Part shown: positions 25,140 through 37,346 of the stretch, in pieces
How the letters are laid out: each line of letters begins with the position of its first letter
Numbering within the stretch: position 1 is the first letter of the stretch
Source of the DNA: Vicugna vicugna
Taxonomy: Eukaryota
Length of the DNA: 64,000 nucleotides
Assembly (NCBI GenBank): GCA_013265495.1
Contig: MU058687.1
Location: 4,214,093 to 4,278,092 of the forward strand
Direction: 5' to 3'
Translations under genes and position numbers: made by a program
Notes under the pieces: generated by a model
Seen by the model: the letters and a program-made list of their open reading frames with translations, nothing else
Told to the model about the DNA's origin: nothing
Databases searched by the model: none

Positions 25140-25510
25140 AGCTCTCTTATACCTCTGTTCCTGCCTCCATGCTTTATATTATGCACTGTATACCATTTCT
25201 CTCTGTATCTCCCTAGGCAACTGCTGCTTATCCTTTATGACGACTCAGAGGTCACCACTCATGTGAAGCCTTCCTTTCTCCCCCAGACATATCTAGGTTT
25301 CTTCATCTCTGAAATCCCAGAGCACCCTGAATGCACATCTTTTGGAACACTCAGCACATTTGCATTACTTCGTTTGCTTGCATATGTATCCTCTGGACCA
25401 ATCTGTGGATTTCCCAGCTTGGGAAAATGTCCTATTTATCATTGTATCTTCATGTCTAGCACAGTGCCAGATTTACAGTTGGCGTTAAATGCACATTTAT
25501 TGAATTAATA
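25140..25510 (+). mobile_element. L2 LINE 3' end
   Basis: gtcaccactcatgtgaagccttcc...ttgtatcttcatgtctagcacagtgcc...aaatgcacatttattgaattaat. Confidence 0.75.
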
Positions 25511-26758
25511 ATTATAAACCTAATGACTTGAAACTTTTAATGACAAGAGAAATCTCCATGGATGAATACAGATTTCTCAGTAAGAGGAAACGTGTTCTAT
25601 ATTTACGAAGATGGGTATCTCAGCAGATCCGATGAAAGTAACCACAGATTATAATGATAAGGATTTTTGTCCAACTCCTAAAGAAAAAATATGTTTCTAG
25701 AAATCCTTACTAAATATTAACGATGTTAGAAGGCTGACATTCAATATGAGGGATATCATTTAATACGATTTCAGAGCGATCTGATTCTTCTTTTGCCTAA
25801 ATGGTCGTGCAAAGAAACATTTAAAGCACAGCTTACTTTGGGGAAGTATTGTTCTGTACATGTCAAATTGTGTAGGTTTTATCTCTCAACTACCCTGGAC
25901 AGAAATCTCTGCTCTTTCTTGTACTGTTTTCATAGGCCTCTGTAAGCTTCAGACTTATCCTAAGGAGAATGCAGAATATTACTCAGAGCAGAAAAACAAA
26001 ACAAAAACCAACAACAACAGCATGGGGGTGGGGCAGCGTTACATGGTGGGAAGAACAGAACTTGTAGGTTCAGTGCACCTGCCTGTCACTCAATAGCTCT
26101 TGGCCCTGAGGGGCTTCTCTCAGCCATTGGTAGTAGTAGTAATAGCTACAGCGTCATGCGATGAAGAAGCAAGCTCACTGGACGGTAGCCTCACGCCAAC
26201 CATGTGATTTCCATCCCAGCATTTAAACAGCCACCAAAACCTGCAGTCCCTGCTGGGGGCCTCGTGTCTCACAGCCTGAATTGCTCGTTGATCGTGTGAA
26301 CTGGTAGCAACAGGGACAGCAGTTGCCCCAGGCCTCCTGGGGACTTGCCTAACCTTTCTAGTTTTTCAAAAAGGGAATTGCTTCTTTTGTGAAATATTCC
26401 ATAGGAGACAGGACAGGAATCGGTGTTTGAAGAGGCTGAGTATGTGCCCAAGATAACTTCCAGGGTATAAAAATCTTGTGTGAAAGGACTTCAGGGCTTT
26501 TTGTCTCACTCTAAGTAAGGTCACATTAATAAGAGTGAGGACCCTTATTTACCAAAGTCATAGAGTCCAAAGGTTCAGTTTAATCCCAGAGGGGTTAAGC
26601 TGCTTCTGCTACAGTCAAGTGGTACCAGTGCCATGCATTGAAATTTATACAGGAAAAAAAGGGGGGGCAGTATTTAATCAACATTTATTTGGGGTTGGGT
26701 TACATTTTCAGTTGTTACAGATATTGTATCCTTTAATCACACAATTATATGCAGTAGG

Positions 26759-27222
26759 CAGGACCATCTAAATAATTTGTAGAGCCTTGTGCAAAATGAA
26801 ACTGTGAACCCCTCGTTCAGCAAGCAGGAACAAACCTTCCCCCTTTCTCTCACGGCCTCTCTCCACCTGTCACTGTGCTTTTGTTTTATTTTTTTGATTT
26901 GCTATCTCAAGCTTGAGGACACTCCCAGGGAGAGTGCAGCCCCTCACAGGCACCCACGACTCCACCCCGTGGCGCTGCCTGGGCGGCGGAAAGCAGCAGC
27001 ACTTGTTTGCTGAGTGGAGGCAGAAAAGGGGGTGGCCAGGAACCCATCCTGGGGGCACAAGACCACTCATGAGCGAAGGCTCCCATTGGACTTCACGTAT
27101 AAAACACAAATTCAAGGATAAACTTCTTAAAGAATTTTAAGACAACAACTGCAAAGCATTGAACCCCAAACACACAGGTTCTGTGTGACTGTACTGGGTA
27201 CGTGCCAGTTAAGCTGGTCCTG
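26759..27222 (-). mobile_element. MER45-family hAT-Tip100 non-autonomous DNA transposon inserted in a MIR
   Basis: Terminal inverted repeats caggacca (26759-26766) / tggtcctg (27215-27222), with ataatttg..gtgcaaaatgaaa..cccc and aagaatttaagac..gcaaagcatt..ctgtgtgactgtac motifs typical of MER45. MIR-like sequence lies on both sides. Confidence 0.8.
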
Positions 27223-28955
27223 GAAACAGATAATATTATGACCTGAGTTGTCCAGGTGAGGAAACTTTAATTATCAGAAAGGTTTCTTTTATGTTTTTTG
27301 GCGATACATTTGTCTACCATATGATTTCTAAAACATACTATGCCTATTATAGACAATTTGGCCTGTTCTAAATTTTGGTAGACTTTGAGCACTGCAGTTT
27401 GTAAATTCCTAATTACTCCTGGATGTCTTTCCTCATGGCCAAGGACAAATTATGAATCATATTAACTATCCTTTCCAGAGAGGTTTGCCTAATGACATAC
27501 AACAGTTCATCACATTTTCCTGGCCAATGGAAACATGCTTTATTTTTCAATGTCAGTGTTTAAGGGACTGAAGTCTTTGGCATAATTTTGTTAGTCAGAA
27601 TCAGTTCTCCCTGAGTGGGTGTGATCAACAGTCACACACACCTATGTTATGTCTTCCCTTCCCTAAAGATTATCTTCCTCTGGTGCCCGGTCATGAATGG
27701 AAGGTCAAACTACTAGCTCATTTTTATTGAACCTCAGCCTTCAAAAGCCTAAATTACCATTTCATTTCTCTAGTGGCTTATCTTTAACTAGAAAACAGAA
27801 CTTGGACATGATCACACTAATGTACACTTGCTGCAGAAATCCACTGGACTAACTGAGAAGGAAAAGAGAAACATTCTAGTAATAATTGACTGTTCACCAT
27901 CTTTATAACAATGCTGTCCAGCGCCTTGGTTTCTCATTTGTTATTCTATCTTTACCTAATCTAAAAGGTGAATCCAGTGAATCCCCTTCAAAGGCAATGG
28001 AGGATGAGAAAACTATTGGGTCCCATCAGAATGTTTTAAGGGCAAAGCTCTGTTCTTTCCGACAAATACCAGAGCATCTTTGGAACAGAACAAGAGCAAA
28101 CTGGCTTCTAGCTCATACGTGAAAGTGCGACACTCACGGCGGCTGTAATGACTGCGTTCCTAAGGGCTGCCAGGCCACGCCATTTCTCAGTGTCCTTCTG
28201 GAAAGAGTAATTTATGTAGGCTTCCACTGAGCAGCCGTGACCGGCTCGCCTTGTCCACCTTCCCTGTGATTTGGGGCCCTGCAGCGGGAGCTGACACGCT
28301 GAGCTATTTGGCTGTCTCAGCCTCATGGCCAGCTCTTAAAACAATGCCAGGGGAAAAGACAACCCCCCTTCAGGGATGTGCTGAATTTCATATCATAGTT
28401 GCATCCCTGGAAGAGCGTTTCCCCATACTTGCCACATACTTCGTTCTATGTAACAACACACTCATTCATGTCTGTTATCACTGTCACCACCTTGGAAGGC
28501 ACACGCGCCCTCCCCTGTGCAGTCGTGATGTCCTTCCACTCACATTGTTTTGTACCCGAGAACTGGTTTACCTGGAGCCTGTATCCAGACTGACGGTGTG
28601 TGTCACAGTTACCTGCAGACAGCAAGTGCCTACTGCTGAGGATTTCATCACTTTTGTAATGTGGTTATATGTTGGTTTAGCTTTCGCTTCTAAATTGCTG
28701 CTTAATTTACAGTTCAGTTGTTATCGGTCCAAGTGCTGTCAATGAGCGATTCTTCTGCTGACGGCATGTTACACGTTTGGGAGGCAGGTTAACTTGTATT
28801 CTCTTTTGGAGAGACTCTTGCTTCAACTAAAAATAATGACGCTCTTACTTAAATATTTATCTCACAAATGAGTGTCATTGGCATTGAATGAGCGTCATCT
28901 CTGAGCATTTCCATCAAGACTTGGAGACTTGGTGGTCTAATCTAAAAAGTCTAAA

Positions 28956-29197
28956 CAGAGACTGGCTAACTTTTTCTATAAATGGCCAGATAGTGAATAT
29001 TTTAGGCTTGTGAGCCATACAGTCTCTGTCAGAACAACTCCATTCTCTGTCACAACTCAGTTTTGCCATCGGAGTGAAAAAGCTGCCGTGGACGATATGT
29101 AAGCTAATGGGCAAGGCTGAGTTTTCAATAAAACTTTATTTACTAAAACAGGCAGCAGGCCAGGTTTGTCCCAAGGACCATAGCTTGCCAATCCCTG
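28956..29197 (+). mobile_element. MER58A hAT-Charlie MITE
   Basis: ggctaactttttctataaatggccagatagtgaatattttaggctt...caataaaactttattta..aaaacaggc...catagcttgccaatccctg. Confidence 0.9.
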
Positions 29198-29289
29198 GAC
29201 TAGTACTGAAAGATGCATTTGTAGAATCTATGTTTGGGAAGTAGGTTAAACTTCCTGGGATTCCAAACAATAAGGCAAATGGAAGTTCA

Positions 29290-29720
29290 AAAAACTGTTT
29301 ATTTAAAGCAATTTTTATTATCGATGCTGGCAATGTAGTGCTAAATAGGACCAACACTGCCCTTATCTTATGAAGTTTGTGTTCGCTTTGAGTTGTTTGT
29401 GGACGTAAAACTACGTAAGTGAGTTCAGATAATGCCACGTGCAATGGATAAAGTTATATGGGGTGAAGTATATGCCTAGAGGTGGGAGGAAGTACAACTT
29501 TAGATAGGACCATCCTGGAAGCCTTGCTGAGAAAATGACATTTGAGCTTTGGGTATTTGAAACTTAAATGGTAAGGATTCAGTCCTGGGAAGGTTTAGGA
29601 AAAGGGCATTCTGTGCAGAGGCATTCACAGAAGTGAAGGGCTTGTGAAAAGAATATACTGGTGTGTCTGAGGAACAGGAAAACATCAGTGTGGTTAAACT
29701 GTGGCAGGTGGAGCACAGGG
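29290..29720 (-). mobile_element. L2 LINE fragment
   Basis: gagaaaatgacatttgagc...gggcattctgtgcagagg...tggtgtgtctgaggaacaggaa..cagtgtgg. Confidence 0.7.
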
Positions 29721-32700
29721 AAAAGGACTCTTTGTCTCTGGCATATACTGCCCCCATTTGACAGACCTATAATCATAATTTTAGGTGAGTTAAGGAACTC
29801 ACCTTGTGGGTCACATCATACTTTGTTTTATTCTTGTTTATTCCTTTGGAGAGGCAAATCCACAGGTATATGTATGCTGTAAGTTTGTGTTGTCAAAATG
29901 TAATTTTTAAAAATTCTAATCCACAGTTATTAAGTTAGAGGCAAGCAGGTGCTTCAGCAGATAAATAGTTAAATCAACATTGGAACCCTATTTAAAGAAA
30001 TGATGAAACTAGGAATTTGGAGGTAAGACTTGCAGCATTAAGAAAGCCATGCCTCAGATCCATAGATCTAATCACTTGAGCAACGTAGAGAGTTTCCCAG
30101 TAGTCAGTGATCTTTGCTAAATTGGGTTGCACAGCTCAACCATCAGTAGTTTCAGTACGGATACTTTGATGCTCCCACCTCCCCAGCTGATTGGATACTG
30201 TAGACTGGGAAAAAATCTTATCGAATCCTAAAATAAGCAACTCAGTTTGTTTCACAGAACATACTGCTTCTGGTCTTATATTATATGGTAATTTTATGAA
30301 ACTTTGGAAAAAAAACTATTTTTGATCCATTGTTGTTTGGGGCTGTGAAAACACTTATCTAAGGAGAATTGCTTGTATCTAAATAAAATGCCTTGAGTTA
30401 ATTTGACTCAAAATCAAGTCCTTTGCCTCAATTAAGTAGAATTTGAGGAAGTTCTAAGAGAATTAAGGCTAGCTCAGAGAAGTTAATTAGAACTTCTCTC
30501 CTTGAAAGACAAGTTAGTTTTGTAGGCAATGGTGTTTGATAACAGTGCTTCAGATGAATGCTAAAGAATTCTGTGTTCTCATAAGAATTACTAAAAGAGA
30601 CTGAAACACTGTGAGTATAACCTCTTACAATTTCAGACAGCAAGAGGGGGAAGTCATTCTGAATTAATGAAAGAGTATATCATGGATTTTTTAATAAATA
30701 AAATGGCTCTTAAAAACATGCAATAACTGGACGAAGATACGTTTGTGTGTATCTGTGTAAATCGTGTATCTTCATCCTAGTAAATGATCTTAAAGAATAG
30801 ATAAGCCTGATTTATAACTACCATTTCAGTTGATTAAAATATTTCTTCCAAGTTACTTGTAGCATACTTAAAATTATTTTATTTTTGTAAGAAGCAAATT
30901 GGCTCAGCAAAATTCGTGTGATATCTTAATTTGCTTCACATACTCATTCTTTATGGATTCTGTAGGTATTAGCCTAGATTCTGTAGCAAGTTCTAAATTT
31001 GTGTTTGATTCAGAATCAATAAGTTTTATTGAAGGTTGAAGTAAATGCAGCATCTCTGCTGACATAATATAGGATTTCCAAAAGCTAACTGGTCAGGAGA
31101 ATGAAGGTCAGAGATTATATTTTGTAACATAGGTTATTTTTTTTCTACATTGTCTTAGCACAAGATATTATAGGAATTTTTAAAAAGTTAAATTTAAATC
31201 AGGATTAATGTATCCACTTTCCCCCGGAGTTTCATATATGTAACTAGAATAATGCACCTGCCAGGGAGCATTAAAGAAGATTATTTAACAGTAAAATAAC
31301 ATTTGGAGGTTCCATTTACTTTTTTCCTTTTTCTGCGAGGATATAATATATTCCTTTAAGCGTCCTGAATCTCTTCCCAGGGAGTTGGCAGCAGCAACTG
31401 TTATAAAGGGAACATTTTTGAAATACGGATCTTAATCTCATGTAGTGCTGAATCCATCAGCGTTTGCACATTGTAGGGCACTTTCAACTTCATTCATCTG
31501 ACAACAGTGAAATGATGCTACTTTAGTCATGTATGGGAGTTTTATTGAATATCATCAAATGCTTAGCAAATATTTAAAACGTTTCACACACTTTTACAAC
31601 CAGGCATCACATATTGAAGAGTATTTCCTTGTTTGGGGACTTTAAAATGTAATGAAAAAGTAAGAAGTGTACGTGACATGGGAGGAGAATAAGCTGATAA
31701 CTTTACCAAGTGGCCTGATACTTTTTATAGGAAAGATAAGTATAAATATTATTTTTCCCCTGAATTATTTGCCAGGCCAAGACCATGTGACTTAACTCTT
31801 GTAACTAAAGCTGGCAATAAGGCTTGGACTTTGGGTTTCCAAACTCTAGTATGCAGGTATCAGAAAATGAATGAAGCAAGCCACAGTTCTCACTGCAACT
31901 GGATAGGACAATAACATTTTCACTTATTTGCAATTTCAGCAGAGTTTTCAGGGGTGAGTATCAACATCTGTTCCTGAATTTCCTGAAAAGTCCTGTGGTT
32001 TGGAATGCTAGCATCTTCACAGGTCACTCTCTCTCATCCTTTAGTAATAGTGAGCAAAAATAATGTAGTTATCCCCCACTTTTTACACTTGATTGTTTCG
32101 TAAATAGTGGAACCATTACTTAAGGAGGTAAAATTGTTCTGTCTCATTCTTTGCCTTTGTTCAAAATCACACATGAAATTTTTTTTCTGTGAGATAGCTT
32201 TCCACTTACCTCGGCCTTGAAATGAGAAATTCCTTAAAAAATGTATATTTTAGAAAATTGTTGCCAACTCAGAGGATGCTTAGCTTTGTCTCCTGGATCA
32301 AAAATCGTTACCATGTTTCCCAGTTGCAAACAATTATACCTGTCAGCCAGCTGATGAAGGCTCCTTCAAGGAGTCCACGCAAGGCAACGACACGATCAAC
32401 TGCTCCGTTTGGTAGTTCTTGCTGTGAACAGACGAGCCTCCCAGATTCCAGGTGTTACTACTTAGCCGGATGTTTTGCTTTATAAGGAGGCAGCCATTCA
32501 TGAAAAACAGCTGTAATTACACAGCATTCATGTATTTCATAATTAAACTAACAGCTGATTATAAGACAGTACATGGCATGAGAATTCACAACGAGGCTCA
32601 GCAGGAGTGAGGCTGTTGCTTAGTCTTTGCTCCTCTTTTGCCATTTGCTTTGGACACGTCCCCTCTGAGCCTTGATGTACATACAACAGCAGGTAATCCC

Positions 32701-33829
32701 AGCCTACTTCCCAGAGGGAAAGGAGAGGGGATGGAAGGATTAGTGAATACATGAAAGCACCTGGATCAAAGGCAGGCACTACTGTGAGTGAAAGGCATCT
32801 CCTTGGACATTTTCCCCCAGCTTTTGAAAACCAGTGGATCTCAGACGTGGTTTACATGATGGGAAGTCCAATGCTGGGATCAGAGAAAACTGAGTATGCT
32901 TATCAGTGTCCCCATGACCCAGAGATTTTAGTCCTTTAGAGGACTCCTCTTGCTATGCAAAACTTTGAAAAGGAGCCCATGTGTCAGTTGGGAAGCGCTG
33001 ATTCTGTTGAATCTGCACCAGGCACTGTGCAGAGTCATTTCCAGGTCCTGTCCACGTGGAACTCACAATTCAGTTTCACACATGAAGCAACTTCCTGGGG
33101 AAGAAATTAAAATACTGTCCCTGAGGTTTGTAACTGGGGGTTGGAAATGGACTTCTGTGAGGCCGATCCCTGCCTGGCTCCCCGCCCAGACGCTGCAGGA
33201 GGGCTGCTAAGCTAGAAGTGGCTGTCTCTCTGATCCTTTCCCCACCCTTCTCCTATTTCTATTATTTGGTAAATAAAATAGTTTATTTTAATACTCTTTA
33301 ACAGATCTTGCAATTAGTATACTATAAATCCTTCGGTGCTCCTCGTTATCTTGTTTTTTATTTTTAATTTTTGCCTAAGACCTCGTGCCTTTGGAGTGAC
33401 TGCTTCCTTCTGTAACTCTTGGCTCCGGTCTTGCTGGCCCACAATGCCAGGAAGCCTCCAAGCTTGCTCGTCTTGTAAAGATTACATAACAGTCGTTACC
33501 ACGGTTTCCCAGCACCGCTTCTGGGGGACTCTAGCATGCCCATCTGTCCTTTACGTACAGCTAGATGCATGTTCCTTGGCTTGAACACTTAGTGTTCCCA
33601 TACATATATACACAATCCAAACAGTTCTTTTCACTTGCTGCTTTTCTTAGAGTATTTTAATAAGGAAGGCATCAAGGGGAGGGATCTTGGGTCAGGAAAA
33701 CTTACAGACATTACTTGAGTGAACATTTGAAAAAGATGAAGCGATTTTGAGTTACCGGGGTAGAATAAAGCTATTTCAGGTGGTTAGAATTGTAGGAAGT
33801 GGCCTTCAAAATCTGGAAAAGATCCAGAT

Positions 33830-34590
33830 GTTAAAGACGTACTGTGTTTCAGACACGGCAGCCAACGATGTATGTTCATTCTCTCATTTAGTCCTCTTAA
33901 CAGCGCTGCCAAGGAGGTATTATTATTCCTCTCTGAGGTGAGGAAACAAGTGTATTCAGTAATATTCATCCAGTATTTATTGAGTACTGTATTTCTAAGT
34001 GCTGACAGTGTAGCTCTGAATAAGACAGCTGATATTTTAGAGAAGGGAGACAGGCAATTAGCAAGTCAACAAATAAATAGCATAATTTTTCCCGGGGCAG
34101 TGTGTCGTGAAGAAAGTAAGACTCAGCAACGACCTTCCCTGTGACTGGGGGGTAAGGAGGCTGATCAGGAGGACCCCCAGCAGGGGCCACTCATCTGAGA
34201 CCTGGATGGAGAGCAGGAGGCCACCTTGGTGGGGGCTAGGGAGAAGAGACTCAGGCAGAGGGAGAGGGTCTTTTCATTGTGAACGTGGGGGGACACTAGT
34301 TGTGTTTGCAGGATAGAGAGAAAGCCTTTGCGGCTGCAGAGTGAACCAGTGAGGGCGGGTGGTGAGGAGAGGGACTTGGGCCAGGCAGGGGCCTTCCAGG
34401 TCAAGGCAAGGTGTTTGGATCTTATTCTAAGAGGGACAGGAAGCTTTGGGGATATTTAAGCATGCGAGTGGTGTGACTCAATTTACATATTCCAGTGAGG
34501 TTGAGTAGTTTGTTCAAAGTGAGACAGGTAGGGAGGACCGAGGGAGGGGGTTAAGTTGCTCCCCTGGAACTCAGACCCAGGCCGCTCTGC
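33830..34590 (-). mobile_element. MIR interrupted by an L2 3' fragment (~33950-34490)
   Basis: MIR half tactgtgtttcagacac..catttagtcctc..gaggtgaggaaac; L2 attcatccagtatttattgagtac...ggtgtttggatcttattctaag; MIR resumes at gaggttgagtagtttgttcaaag..ggaactcagacccagg. Confidence 0.7.
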
Positions 34591-36734
34591 CTTTCACCCC
34601 CTCCCCAGCCTGCTGTGCTGTTCTCCTTGCTCCTTGGTGTGAAGGGATGGAAAAGAAAGGCTGTAGGCAATGGTAAGGGAGGAAAACCAGACTGTTCATG
34701 TTAAATCCAAAGATTCTGTTAGTTAAGAAAAATTAAACAGGGCTATTTAGTGCCAACCCTTGGGAATCCGGGGTAAGCCCGCCTTTGAGTGGTGAGTCCC
34801 TGTGTCCCTTGCCCCTGTGACCAGATCACTGAGGGGAGGGTCCTGTCTAAACATTCCACTGAGAAGAGCAAACCTTCACTTCGGGGTTCTTCAGGGCCAG
34901 GCAGGGGTGAGTTGGGCTGGGTTTGCTGAATCTTTGCTGCTGAATTTTCTCTTCCTTCTTGCTCATAACTGACTGTCTGGCCACTCCTGTACTCGCTAGA
35001 GCATACTAAGTACAGAGAAACAGCAAGCTTTGGAAAGTTAAGGAGCAAGCTGTGCATTAAACTGTTTACCCTGCCCTGCTAAATCAAGAACCCTACACAG
35101 CATGGGTGGGGGGCGGGCAGTGAAAAGAGAAAGAGCAAAAATACGCCTTAAGAAGTTTTTATTTTGTTTTGTTTTGTTTTGTTTCCAGGCTCCCCTCCCT
35201 TCCCTTCCCGACCCCTCCCCTCCCTCCTCCCACCCCACCTCCAGCCCATCTGTGAAGCCTGATTCTTACACAGGCTCTCTGTCTGCAGCCGCCCCAGCCT
35301 TAATCCTGTTCTCCGTATTGTGTATCGCTCCCGAATCTATCTTCTTATGTCAGCTGTTTACCAGTTCCCTTCCGCTGTCTGCTCTTTACCGTATTATTGA
35401 TCAGTCAATACTGGGCATCTCAGGTTGGGAACACGAGGGAGGGGGGCTGGAAGAGGAAGGCAGCAGTGGAGAGGAGCTGTGGACCATCAGTTAAGATAGT
35501 TCCCAAAATAGCTCAGCCAGACTGATGATAGCTCTGTTCACAGCCGCCCATGTGGGATTTACGCACTTCGCTAAGATTCTCCGCTGAAAAGTATTCCACC
35601 AGCTGCTGCTGCAGTTGGTGGTGGCTGGTGGTGGCAGCAGTGGGCTGGCCACGCCTTTGGAGAATGAGGAAGCAATAGGTTTGGGGCACATGACAGGCCC
35701 CCACACAGGGAGATGGGATTTGTCATAGCCCATTAGATGCTCCCCAGGCGTGAGGAGTCCGTGTTCTTTTTAAACTATGATCTCGGCACTTGGCATTCAG
35801 TTTTTTTTCCCCCCAATCTTTCCTAATGAGATGGAGAGAAGAGTTATCAAAAATGGTTGTATTCCCCCCCCACTGTATGTCTGTCTGTTATTTTGTTGTT
35901 TTTGCTGCAGTTTACTGCATACATAGACTTTTTTCTCTACTGCACCTTCTGTTGGGGGATTCGGCTACACAGAGCTCTCGACAGTGTAATGCTTTGTTCT
36001 TAGCCAGGACCCTCATTTACTGAGACCCTCTGCAAAGTTACTGGATCTTATAATGTAGTAGAAATAAGTGCAGCTCTTGTCTAGGGCGCTGCTCCCTCAA
36101 ATGTGCTAACTAAGCCTGTGTCCCGGTAGAAAAGGCCGTGTTACTCACTTTGATCTGATCTAGCAATGTGAGCCCTCCTCAGAGTGAAGTGTTCTTGCCC
36201 GGGCTCTCGGAATTTCATAATCAAGTCTTCCTCCAGCTGCCACACTTCAAACTCCAGTTTTTGTTTTTTTTTTTTTTTTTTTTTTCTTCCACTGAAGCAC
36301 CGTGGTGGTGCCCCTGTAATTGACCTCACTTGTGGTCTTGCTTTGACACACAGCACACAGTAAATCAGTGTTTAAGATCTCTTGTAAACTTTGCTTCATC
36401 TAAAACCCCTAAGTGTTAAAACTATGTACACTGGAAAAAGTGAAGATTTTTATATTTTCCAGTCAAGGGAGCCTTAGGGCACAGGCAAGACACAAAACAA
36501 AAGGGGAAAAAGGAAAGAGAATGCTACTTACTCTGTTATCTGTCATGGTGGGGTGGGGACAGGAAAGAAAAACTACTTCTCCTCACAGATTCCAGCTGCT
36601 GCCCTGAATATAAATGTTGTTGTTCAAAAAGGCTTTTGCCCACTTCTTGGTAGGCTATTCAGCGAGGTATAAGGTAGGGAGGGCAATTGTACTGCCTACA
36701 TGAGGGGCTGGTTAAAATGTGTTTCCTCCCCTCC

Positions 36735-36852
36735 AGGCTGCGGAGTCTGGTTCACTAGGTCAAGTGGGGAGCGAGGATCTGCATTTTAATAAGCGTGCTT
36801 AGTAACTCTGGTGTAGGTTCCCTGGTGACCCCAACTCGACAAACCCTAGCCT
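36735..36852. mobile_element. MER5-like hAT-Charlie fragment
   Basis: tctggttcactaggtc..gtgggg..ggatctgcattttaataagc..agtaactctggtgtagg. Confidence 0.55.
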
Positions 36853-37327
36853 AAATTTCAGTAGAATTTTTTTTTTTTTCCTCCACCACTGCGGGCTGTA
36901 ATTTGGAGTCCTGGAGAAGAGAGGAAATCGAGAGAAAATGAAACGGCATCGCCTGTGTTTTCCCTGATAGTTTAGAGGGTCCAGTATTAGTCTGTTTCAT
37001 GACACGTATTTTAATTTGTTGCACAATTACTGCCTTTTTAAGTATAATCCACGTTGAGGTGTGAATGGGACAGTTTCCATGAGTGGAAAGGCTTTCAGCA
37101 TTGGCGAGAGTCAGGGAGAAAGTAGACCGTAATGGGGAAGATTTGGGCTGAAGTCCTGCCATGTGTCAGGCAGCCATTTCCTTGTTGCTGCCCAGTAGGA
37201 GCCACACTTGCTCCCTTTGTGCAGCAGGTTGTATTGGACCTCAGAGTGCCCATGAGCTGTAGTCCCCTGCTCCCTTCACTGGTCTGTCTGGATTCTGTTA
37301 AGTCCGGGGTCAGGTTCACTTAACCTA

Positions 37328-37346
37328 CAGCGCCACCTACTGTCCA
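37328..37346 (-). promoter_or_regulatory. Strong predicted CTCF motif
   Basis: Minus strand reads TGGACAGTAGGTGGCGCTG, near-consensus, with the CpG retained in a CpG-poor intron. Confidence 0.7.

Noticed and set aside
24954..25508. Longest ORF in the track (184 aa)
   Set aside because: Largely overlaps a decayed L2 3' end and has no recognisable protein similarity.
26303..26323. RE1/NRSE-like site (tagcaacagggacagcag); also ccatggacag at ~39993
   Set aside because: Only the GGACAG half matches well; the TTCAGCACC half has several mismatches.
28251..28745. 164-aa ORF
   Set aside because: Non-ATG start, no recognisable domain or codon bias; expected by chance.
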